Assembly: GCA_012295275.1 (NCBI GenBank) | Contig: CM022675.1 | Coordinates: 6,696,001 to 6,760,000, forward strand | Direction of reading: 5' to 3' | DNA from: Chrysomallon squamiferum | Taxonomy: Eukaryota > Animalia > Mollusca | Length of the DNA: 64,000 nucleotides | Shown: positions 27,500 to 64,000 of the stretch, piece after piece | Position numbering within the stretch: the stretch's first letter is position 1 | How the letters are laid out: every line of letters begins with the position of its first letter | The notes under the pieces: generated by a model | Database searches by the model: none | The model's input: only the letters and a program-made list of their open reading frames with translations | What the model was told of the DNA's origin: nothing | Made by a program: the position numbers and the translations under genes

Positions 27500-28285
27500 A
27501 AACATTTCTTTCAATGAAGACTTCAGTACTGTTAGAATACTAATACCCAGTACTCTGAAAATTACACTGTATAATAATATTTTTTTTAAAAATATTTTTT
27601 TTTAGATTTCTTTGATTGAAGACTGATATTGTCAGAACACTAAATATTTGATATTCAGATGTCATCAACAGAAAATTAATCAAGATCCTATTGCTTTGAT
27701 TTAAAAAAAAAACACCCCAAAATCCCTAAAAAGACCATAATACATTTTTTCAGTGAAGACTGTAATACTGTCAGAACTCTAAATATTTGATATTCAGTGG
27801 ACATTAACAGAAAATTAACTAAGATCCTATAGCTTTGATTTAAAAAAAAAAATATACGACGACCCAAAACACCAAAAAATATTTCTTTCAATGAAGACGA
27901 TAATATTGCTAGAATTCTAAATATTTGATATTCAGTGGACACCAATAGTAAATTAACTATGATCTATAGCTTTGATTTAAAAAAAAAAAAAACCAAAACA
28001 CCATAAAACATTTCTTTAAATGAAGACTATGATATTGTCAGAATTCTAAATATATCTGACAGTGCTGTAAGAGTGACTTTAAAAAAAAATAATAATAAAT
28101 ATATTTCTTTCACTGAAGACTATGATATTATGCCATATTTCTAAATATTTTATATGCATTATCATCAAAAGAAGACTAAGGTGCTACAGTAGGACACAAA
28201 TAAAAAAAAAACAAAAAAAACACCATAAAACTTTTTTCACTGAACACTATTATATTATGTTACAATTCAAAATATTTGACAGCAA
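27500..28285. repeat. Degenerate ~100-140 bp tandem repeat x ~7
   Basis: Recurring 'tttctttcaatgaagact..atattgtcagaattctaaatatttgatattcag...aaaattaactaagatcctatagctttgattt(A)n'. Confidence 0.85.
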
Positions 28286-29876
28286 ATAAAAACTAAATGG
28301 ACTGCTTTCATGGCTATATTTAGAAAATAAATTTAAAAAAAAGGTAAAAGTAAAATCAGTATCTGCTATTTTCACATACATCACAATTTTAAATTCAAAT
28401 TAGGACAGTTTTTAAATATTTTCTTATAAAATCACTTTGATAAAACACCCACATTTTCTTTTCAAATAATTCTGCAAATCTGCCCAAAAATTTTAATAAA
28501 AAAATTAAATTTTGATTGACATCTTCAAAGAATTTGTTCTTTTTTAAATTCTATCCAATTATTTGAAAAATTTTTTTAATTTCTTTTTTTTTTTTCAAAC
28601 TTGCTGAAAGAGATCCATTTTAAATAATAAAAGATTTACAAAATAAATATTTTTCTACAAATAATGAACTCAACAACATAAAACTGTTTTCAAAACTGAC
28701 CAAAATAACATTTAAAATAATAATAATATCAAAACTGCTATTAATAAATACACAATACAAACTAGCTCTGTAAGTAAATGTTAACTGCAATACACGATAT
28801 ACATTTGTCCAAATAATATATATATATAACAAAAGCATTAAATATACAACAAATTATTATTAATAAAATAAATAAAAAGAAAATATTTACTGAAAAACAA
28901 ATAAAAAAATCAAAACATAAGGGGATATAATTCTTTTCTGCATCCAAATATATATATATGCATTACATAATTTACAATCAGCTTATTAACTTATAAATCA
29001 AGAAAGAAAATATAAACAAAATAGAAATAATGTTACTATCCCATTTATCAACAAAATGTTTGGGGTTTTTTTTTTTTTTTTTTTTTAAAAAGCTCAAATA
29101 TACAAAATCAGTTACATACACACAACACAACCATAAGGGAAATAACTCCAAAATAAATAGAGTTCATTTTTCTTTGTTCATTTTGATCATTTTGTTCAAG
29201 ATTGTTCAACAGTTTTATGACATATTAAATAATAAACAAAAAATTACTAATATTTTATACAATGTGGACATTCATAAGGATGCAAAATTTTAACAATTGT
29301 TCATAACAAGCTTATATTCACAATTTTTTTTTAATTATTATTCATATTTGAGCATTATATATTCACATCTTGAGCAGTTTTATTTTTTTTTTTTACTTAT
29401 TATTATATTTTAAAAAAGAAAAACAAAAAATAATATTAAAGAAATTAATCCAGCATAGCAAGAATAATCCATACTTTCTCTCTCACTCTCATGAAAAAAG
29501 GATTAAAGATTAATATAAATATATAGAACACACACTCACAGTTATCAAAAGGATTTTTGTTTTTTAATTAAATTTCTCACAACCAAACCTAAACGCATTC
29601 TTTTTCATAAAACTGAAAATTTTCTATAACCTTTGAGTTACATTTTTTTTTTCTTTTTTTTTTTTTTTTAAATTAGAATCTACTCTTTATTTTATTTTAT
29701 TTTTATTGAATTTTAATTCTTTGGTCTAAAATTATTACTATTTGTAAACAAGTATAATATTTAAAATATGTTAATGTAATAATAATTTAATCTAAACTAT
29801 GATTTTTTAAATTAATAATAATACAAGTCTAGTACTGCACAGTATTAAAAATGCATCAAAGAATACACATAAACAC

Positions 29877-29915
<39 letters not shown>

Positions 29916-31283
29916 ATATGTGTATAAATATGTATGAACATGTGTATGTGTATGTATGTGTATGTATATATATATATATATACATGTATGTATGTATGTA
30001 TGCATGTATGTATGTATGTGTGTGTGTGTGTATATATATGTATGTGTGTATATATATATATATATATATTTATATATGTGTGTGTGTGTGTTTGCGTGTC
30101 TGTGTTTTAAATATATACAGTAACATAATATTAATGATCACTGTGGACAATGAACAAATGAAAAATTAATCAGCAAAACAAAATATGCAAATCAAAATTC
30201 AGATCTCTGTATTTACAGTTTTTGTGAAAAGAATATTTAACTTCAGATATTGTTTTAATGACAACATACTATGTAGGCTATGTTTGTGTGTTTGTGGGTG
30301 TGTCTGTATGTACATGAATTGTTTAAAAAACAAATTTTACACTTACTATTTACATTTTTAATAAATAAATAAATAAATAAACAAAAATGCTATGAATATT
30401 ATTCAGTATTCTGATACAGATTTGACAGATTTACATCACAGATGTCAGGAAAAACCATATAAATAAATAAATAAGTAAACAAGTAAGTAAATAAGTAAGT
30501 AAGTAAGTAAGTAATAATAATAATAATAAAGAAATTTTGTTTCAACATATTTAATTAAAATGAATTTAAATTAATAAAATTTAAAATATGTTATTTTTAT
30601 TGTATTTTTTATTATTATTACTATGGGTTTTTTTTTCATGGTTTGACTGTTCATGTGTGTGTGTGTGTGTGTTATGTTTGTGTATGTCTATGTCCATATT
30701 TGTGATATGTCGTGTGTCTATATTATACTGAACATGTTAGTGGGGGAGGGACATATAAAGAACGCTAAATTTCGACACTGTCACAGTAATTACAAGAACA
30801 CAAACATTAAAAACAAGATAAATACTTTTTCAAATTGAAAAAAAAACAAAACAATATTAGCAGAAACAAAATACATTTTCTCTCCTACAGCTCATAGGCC
30901 AGTTAGCAATATTTCATGCAACAACAACCTTACTAATGAAAAGCTGGCAGATGTAAAAGTTACGGGGTTGTTGGGGGTGTGTGGGGGGGGAATATGCCAA
31001 CCGAATGATTCCTTTTCAAATATTGATTGCAGAAAATGAAGTGGAAAATTAAAGATACTTTAAGAAACAAAATGTGACAAGTTTTCGTGGGTCAAGACAG
31101 AATCATAAAAAAAAAAAACAGTTTTTAAGTGGGGTTTTTTATGGTTGTGTATATTCGTGTGTTTTAGGATTTCAATGATTGGTAGCAACAGTGAAGATGT
31201 TTATATGTGTATTTTCTGTACATGTATTTGTTATGTATGTATGTATGTATGTATGTGGGTATGTACATGTCTGTATAGGGATA

Positions 31284-31314
<31 letters not shown>

Positions 31315-32787
31315 TATATATATATGTATGTATGTATGTATGCATGTATTTGTGTATGTGTGTATGTGCATTTGTGTATGTGTTTTTGTATATGTATTTG
31401 TATGTATATTTGTATGTACGTATGTATGTCTATGTGTTTGTATATCTGTTACAGTGAAATCTGCACCACTTATTTTGCTGTAGTATAATTTATCATTTGA
31501 GTCATTAAGATTCATATTTTGTAAAACTTCAGTAAACAATGGCGTTAATAAAATTTCATTAAACATTTTACAAATCAAAATTTTATAAACTTTCATGATA
31601 CAAAATAAGTTAGCTATGAAAAAAACAATATTCAGCTTGATAAAAATAAATATTGTTTTGTATTTGTTTTTTACCAAAACATTATATTGTAAATTTTTTG
31701 GGGAAAAACTAAATGAGCTATAACAAAACTATTCACCTTTATATAAATAAATATATATATTTTTTTTTTGCATCTGAATGATTTTCTAAACATTTTTTTA
31801 TTTAAAATAATTTAGTTATATAACGAAAGGAAACCATTCAACTTTATAAAAATACGTGTCATTTTTTTTTTTTTTAATTTTTTTTTTTTTTTCACAGTTA
31901 AATTATTTTGTAAAATTTCCTGGTACAAAACGATGTAACTTTATCGGAAATAAAAAAACTGTTCAGTTTTGTGAAATACACCATAAAATAAGTTATTCTT
32001 TATAAAAGTATTTAACATGCATTATTATTACTACAACATCTGTCACCAGTATATTTTAAAGCTATTTACATTTTGATAGATATAGTTACAATGTTATTCT
32101 GGTAGTTTGAATGCTACTGAATAAAAATTAACAGAGCTAGCAATGTATGTATATACTTTGTTGATCAATAAAGTAATAGTTATAGTTCGTTAAAAAAAAA
32201 CAAAAAAAAAACAAACAATCAGAATATTATTAAAAAAAAAAAAATTATTATCTTGGTTTTTTGTCGTTTTTAAAGCTGATTTTAAAATTTGAATATTTTT
32301 AACATTTACAATTTCAATTTGATTTTGCATTTTGAATTTTGTTTATTTTTTGAAATTTATTTTCTCTTATTTAAATGTGTTACTGTTTCTTTGTTCAACA
32401 ATATTTTATTTTAATAACGCACAAAAAAAAAAGAAAAAATATTGATTGGCACATTCTGATTTAAAAAAAAAAAAGAAAAAAAAAAAGAATCTCATCAAAA
32501 TGTTTTCAATTTTGATGACCTCTACCACCATAATACAATCTAACTTGCTAGCAGTAACTAACAAATGCTGGTTTATATTAACTAGCATACTACTGAAGAT
32601 TTGTAAATGTTGCTGATATTTTAGCTTTTTGTGCCCAAGTATGAATTTACATGCACACACATGCAACATTAATACACACACATTCTCTTATACACATACA
32701 AACACATAAAAAGATACACATCTATATACACAAACACACACACACACATAAAAACTCTTTCACACACACAGACACACATAAAAACTC

Positions 32788-32820
<33 letters not shown>

Positions 32821-32859
32821 TAAAAACTCTTTCACACACACAGACACACATAAAAACTC

Positions 32860-32897
<38 letters not shown>

Positions 32898-33077
32898 TTT
32901 TACATAAATTAAAAAAAAAAAAATTTTGGAAAACATTTCTGACAAGGATGTAATATTTTTGGGTTTTTTTTTTTGTTTTGTCTGTTCAATTTTTCTTGCA
33001 GTTCTTAGACTATAATGAAGACAGATGAAAGAACTTTGGTAAGGAACATGTAAGTATTTACATCTCGCTTCAACACG

Positions 33078-58486
<25,409 letters not shown>

Positions 58487-58499
58487 TTTTAATTCTTGT

Positions 58500-58507
58500 T
58501 CACGTGA
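58500..58507. promoter_or_regulatory. Palindromic E-box TCACGTGA (CLEAR core, MiT/TFE-type) starting 14 nt upstream of the ZnT start codon
   Basis: Exact TCACGTGA at 58500-58507; function inferred. Confidence 0.4.
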
Positions 58508-58759
58508 TGTACCACAAGATATTTTTAGCGGCAAAAAGTTTTCTTTAAATTACCTTTGTAACAATAAGAAAAAAAACAACAAAAATAATAGGTAAATAAA
58601 TAAAACACGTTATTCAGCGAAAGCATTTATTAATTTATTATTAAGTGGCAATAATAATTTCAAATATTTATAGCATCTTAAACAATCTTCTGTATATAAT
58701 ACTTCATACTAATTAACGATTATAACAGAACCAACGTTTGTTTATAATGAAGTATGATA

Positions 58760-58979
58760 CAGGTACCGGACCAATTATCCGACGTCCTGAGATCCTGAAA
58801 GACAAGAAAACCGGACGTTTTTCCCGACGTCTCCTGTGTATTTTTTTCTGCAGATAAAAAGGACAGTTATTAGTGTTAAATAAAAAACAAACAAAAAAAA
58901 CCCACTTATTATTGTTAAATTGCTAATACTGTATTTGTTAAATATTCTTAAATGTTCATTTAGGAAAATTCTCTCTCTC

Positions 58980-59020
<41 letters not shown>

Positions 59021-59204
59021 TACCGGACCAATTATCCGGCGTTCGGAAAACCTGAAAGACCAGAAAACCGCAAGTTTTTCCCGACGCTAATGTTTATGCC
59101 TAATTATTTACGTATTCAGATGCCTTGGTGCCAGAAAACCGGAAAATCCAGAAATCCGAAATCCCTCAGTCCCCAAGGAGTCCGGATAATTGGTCCTGTA
59201 CCTA
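58760..59204. mobile_element. Tc1/mariner-pogo-type MITE with a duplicated left end, ~270 bp upstream of the ZnT ATG
   Basis: TIR AGGTACCGGACCAATTATCCG vs CGGATAATTGGTCCTGTACCT (20/21 match); TA flanks; a second copy of the left ~70 bp at ~59019-59086. Confidence 0.82.
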
Positions 59205-60081
59205 TAATAGTCTTTTTCTAAAGTTATTAATTTGATATTTAAAAAAGAGGATAGCAGGATATATATTATAAGTAAAAAACTATATATATATTTATTTAAT
59301 TTCTTAAAACAATTTCTCTCTCTCTCTCAACAAAAAAAAGGAAGCAGATGCTGTTTAATTTGCGAAGATTTGTTGACAACAATAAATGTAAATCATATGA
59401 AAGCACAGTCTGTTTTTCTCATCAGTTCATACTTGTTGTATTTAACATTTCCAGTTATTTAATTTAATTTTCTACGTTATTAAAAAAAAAAAAAAAAAAA
59501 AAATCATTCAATGAATATTAGTGAACACTAAAAAAATTACTGCTGCTGCTCTTATTTTTAAAGCGAGTATTTGTTTTACAAACTTTCGCCGAAGTTAGAA
59601 GTAAAAAGGAAACTTATCAACAAACATAAATAACCTCAGAATATGAATTATTTTCCATTATCGTCAGATAACACAAATATTCACAAGGACATACGTTGTT
59701 ACAAGTACAATGTCCAAAATAAAAAGGATCAAAAAGTTGTTCTTCTCAAAAGAATACATTTTTCAGAGATGTAATATTCTCAGAGTAAGAAGGGAGGGAG
59801 TCTGATTTTTTTTAAAAAACGTGTTCAACATATCTTTTCTTTAGCAAAATGTTTATTGAATAACACGAGATATTTCGAATTTTTAAAAAATTTAGGTAAC
59901 TGTTTTTGTGCGTTTTTTCATTTGACATATTCTCCCACCACCACTTATATAACGTTTCTCTGTCTCGCTTATTATATATATGTATACAAATACGCACGCA
60001 AAGACAGACAAACATACAGGCGCGCGTGTGCACCCACAAAATAATATGTTCTGACGTTTTCGTATTTATTTATATTTAGTA

Positions 60082-60120
<39 letters not shown>

Positions 60121-60216
60121 CATCATCATCATCATCATTATTTGAACAAACATAGAGCAGAAATGTATGAGTGTACATACCCATTGAAAATCAATGATAA
60201 AATGTATTTAGTTAGG

Positions 60217-60269
<53 letters not shown>

Positions 60270-60548
60270 TGATGATGATGACGACAGTAGTAATAACTTT
60301 AGTAGTAATAGTAGCAGTAGTAGTAGTAGTAGTATGTATCTGCAGCAGTACTAGTAGTAGTAATGATAATAAAATAAGGAATAGTGGTTGTAACAGTATT
60401 TTAATAAAGAAGTCGAGACTGTACAGATGTCGCTTATGTAGCATATAATAACAACAACAGTCGTAATTTCGTTGTAGCAGTAATTAACGTAATAATAGTT
60501 TTTATATAATTAAATGTAGCTAGTATATATTTATCTGTTTCAAAATCG

Positions 60549-60595
<47 letters not shown>

Positions 60596-60729
60596 TGATG
60601 TTGTTGGTGTTCTTGTTATTGTTGCTGCTGTTGTCTTTTGAATATGTTCGGTTTTTTTAGTTATATATATATATTTTTTTTTTATTGTCAAAATTTTGAT
60701 ATATTATCATCATCATAATCATCATTATA

Positions 60730-60782
<53 letters not shown>

Positions 60783-60798
60783 CAATCATCATCATCAT

Positions 60799-60843
<45 letters not shown>

Positions 60844-61174
60844 TTATTTATTTTGTTTCCCCACTATTATTTCCGGCCGAGTGTGAAAAATTAATAACAC
60901 CACATTTTTTTATGTAGCTCCTGCATAATAAATAAACATCACAGCTGTCATATTTGAAGTTCTATCAAAATATTTATCGTAGTTTGCATTTATTTAGATT
61001 ATATGACATTGCTATCCATTATTTATTTAATATCAATTTTTTTTTTTTTTTTTTTTTTTATCTGGACACAAACTGTTTATTTATAACATCTGAAAAGAGT
61101 TTAGTTTTCGTAAGATAACTGTTTACAGTATTCTTTTCATTTATTTATTTAATTATTTATTTATTTTTATTTTA

Positions 61175-61205
<31 letters not shown>

Positions 61206-61609
61206 TTTAAATTTTTTTATTATTATTATTATTATTTTTTTTTTTTTTTTTTTTTTTTTAATGATTTGGGAAATTGGCAGATTTGAATTTGGAGAAAATG
61301 TACAGTAACCATAGACGACAGGGCCCAAGACGGTCATTGAACCCAAATTAAATAAGGAAAGTAATTTTAGAACAAAAACTAACCAAGTTAAGGGAATATC
61401 GGAATGTGGCATGGAAATTAATTCTAAACATTCAGACTTATAATCGGCAGTACATTAGTACTGATATGAGTCATCTTTCAACACTTTCGATTTTTTTACT
61501 AATAAATAAACATTTACATTACTAAACGAATGGGCACAGACCCCAAGCATACATGGTAGACAAGCGCTTGTCCGGGTCGGTCCATTTCTTTTTTAATGGA
61601 ATAGACCTA

Positions 61610-61756
61610 AAATGACGTCACACTGCATACCATTAATGCAACGTGAATGGTCCGCCATCTTGAGTTTCACGTTTTTATCATTGCACACGGCACGTAGTTT
61701 ATCAAGGCTTTGGAGTTACTCAGTGTACCTTTGCGGGACTTTTAATTTGATGTCAG
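61610..61756 (+). promoter_or_regulatory. Probable core promoter / non-coding first exon of the ZIP gene
   Basis: CRE TGACGTCA 61613-61620; YY1-type CCGCCATCTT 61652-61661; MRE TGCACACGG 61682-61690; donor CAG|GTGAAT at 61756/61757 that could pair with the acceptor tttcacAG at 61998-61999 just before the ATG; locally CpG-retaining. Confidence 0.55.
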
Positions 61757-62000
61757 GTGAATTAACCGAAACTGAGTGTTTGCACTTAGTAGAAGCTTAG
61801 ATATTTCGAAAGTAATTCACGTTTTTAGTAAAAATCAAGAAAATATTATCGGTTTTCAATGTCAAAGCCTTTTGTTTGTGTCAGAATGCTTTTATTTAGA
61901 GTCGCAACGTGAATCCGATTCGAGTTCTAAATTCGAGTTTTAACAGCCAATTTTGTATCATTTTTTTGTATGAAGTAAATATTTGTTTTTATTTCACAGC

Positions 62001-62954
62001 ATGGCTTTCAGCCACTGCAAGATGTGCCTTACAACAAAATTTCCGTTGTTCTGTTTGTTGCTTTGCGTGCCCTCGTGGATATTTGGATCCAGAGGCAATG
62101 TAGCTCAAGCCTCTAATCAAACGAAACCAGAAAATAATACGATGTTCGGAGAATTAGGTTCGATTCCGCAGACGTATCACGATCATGATGATTTTCAAAT
62201 TAAAGAAAGTACAGTGTCTATAGCTCGAGAAAAAGGAAAATATTTTGCTTCGTTATTGTTCGCTAAATATGGCAGTGATAATCAAACATTACATCAAAAT
62301 GAACTCGTTCAACTTTTTCATCATTTGGTTCTGGCAGTCGTTGAAGATAAAGAAGTGGATGCTGAAACTTCGGACAATGAATACACAGGTGATGATAAAA
62401 TTCATAAACGTTTTCAAGTGGTCCCTGATCATAATACATTAGAATCACATGAACAAGAGCAGCATGATGATGATGATGATGGTGTTTTACATGCTGATAG
62501 AAACATTACATTTGTTAATACTACCAGATCAACTGAAAAACGTAATATTGATAGTAACTCTGATATAAATGACTTAAAAAACGACAAAGAAATTTCACTG
62601 CATCATGCACATTACAACAAAAATGGGACTTTCAGTGAAAACCAGACTATACATGTTTTAGACCATGAAAACAATTTAAATTTAACAAATGCTCCAACTG
62701 TGATACCTCAAAATCTTACTGTTGTGAAACAAGATAGTAAAAATTTTAATTCGTCTCAGAAACAGTCATTTGGGAAAAAAAGAAAAGCCAAAGGTGAACG
62801 TCGATCCAAAAAAGGTCGCAAACAGAAGAAAAATAAGAAAAATAAAGAAAATGTTGACAAAAGGAAGAAAAATAAAGAAAATAGTGACAAATCAAAGAAA
62901 AGAATTACAAGAGGATTGTCAAAACAACAAAATAATTACCATGTAGATCGTGGG
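62001..62954 (+). CDS. SLC39A10: First coding exon (318 aa) of a LIV-1 subfamily ZIP zinc transporter, ZIP6/ZIP10/foi-like ectodomain; the gene continues beyond the window
   Basis: ATG at 62001; signal peptide (FPLFCLLLCVPSWIFG); 'YFASLLFAKYGSDNQTLHQNELVQLFHHL' resembles the ZIP6/10 N-terminal motif (F..LF..YG....L....L..L...L); about 10 N-x-S/T sequons; His/acidic patches; basic stretch ending RITR; phase-0 donor GGG|GTAAGC at 62954/62955. The TM domain and HEXPHE motif are outside the window, so the family call rests on the ectodomain alone. Confidence 0.75.
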
Positions 62955-63172
62955 GTAAGCATTACTTGATATAATTCTGTTTTCTAGTGTTATTTATTTA
63001 TTTATTATATCTCACAGTATGTTGATTGCATTTATATTTTAGTTTACATTCCACTATTGTTTGGCTTGGTTTATTGTCATAGTTCATATGTTAGGTATTT
63101 GTATTTATTTAAAATGTTTATTTACAGAAATATATGTTTATACTAATGAAAAATATCTACATGCTATAGCTT

Positions 63173-63235
<63 letters not shown>

Positions 63236-63337
63236 ATGAACACTTCAGAATATTTAAATGTCTTTTTCTAGGAGTGGCTTCAATAAATACATTATTAACA
63301 ATTTAACGACAATAAGTTTTTTTTTTTATTTAACTCT

Positions 63338-63880
63338 GATAACTAGCCTTTTTATCTGCAGAACTGTATATACACAGGAAACATTTTTTATAATGATAAC
63401 TAATTTGAAAAGAATTGGATGCTAAATGTTTATATTGTAATATATTGTAAAAACAATAATAACAGCAATAATAATGTTAATAACAATAAAATGATAATAA
63501 CAATAACAATACAATAATAATAACAATAACAATAAAATAATAACAATAATAATAATAGTAACAACAACAATTAAGTAATATCAATAACAACAGTAATAAT
63601 AGGAGTTCAGATAATGATAATAAATGTGTGTGGTTATGTGTGCATGCTGGCACATGCACATGCATGGGTGTATGTATGCGTCATTCTTTTTACAACATGG
63701 AACTGAATAACTTTTTATTTGTTCTGCAGGAAAATGTGCAGTTAATTCAACTGAATAATTTTCTGTTTCATTAGTTGTTTTTATCTTAAATTTTGAATCG
63801 TCAGCTTTTTCAGTAAATGGACAATTCCTGTGAAACAATGAACGACAAACCTGTTTCAGCATGAAACAATTACCACAGTA
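63338..63880 (+). repeat. Dispersed ~550-bp repeat, copy 2 (ZIP intron)
   Basis: Direct-orientation homologue of 52866-53470. Confidence 0.85.
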
Positions 63881-64000
63881 TATATTTACTTGTATATTTT
63901 ATATACATCTCCCCCATACCCCCACCCCCAGACCTGCACCCACACCCACACATGCACATACACACTTACATGAATATAAGTGTATGCTTCCTACATATGT

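Noticed and set aside
58487-58534. 16-aa N-terminal extension of the ZnT in the ORF track
   Set aside because: It begins at a non-ATG codon; the first ATG in good context is at 58486

Overview
Very AT-rich, microsatellite-dense animal DNA with GT-AG introns. It looks molluscan, possibly gastropod, but that is inference from repeat style only. Most ORFs in the supplied track are simple-repeat artefacts. Supportable content: (1) a complete 7-exon minus-strand ZnT2/3/8-type (SLC30) zinc transporter, 58486->33078, 532 aa, with a 19.8-kb first intron; (2) 3.5 kb away and head-to-head with it, the first coding exon of a LIV-1-type ZIP6/ZIP10-like (SLC39) zinc transporter that runs off the window, with MRE, CRE, YY1 and CLEAR-like motifs between the two genes; (3) a decayed ISL2EU-type DNA transposon at about 19.2-23.1 kb (intact THAP exon, HTH remnant, convergent SWIM-YqaJ pseudogene), apparently inserted into an older multi-exon minus-strand (pseudo)gene at about 14.6-23.2 kb; (4) two TA-flanked Tc1/mariner-pogo-type MITEs, several minisatellites and dispersed repeats; (5) a CRE-rich, relatively CpG-rich non-coding region at 3.9-12.3 kb. 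All exon calls were made by eye; no database searches were run.
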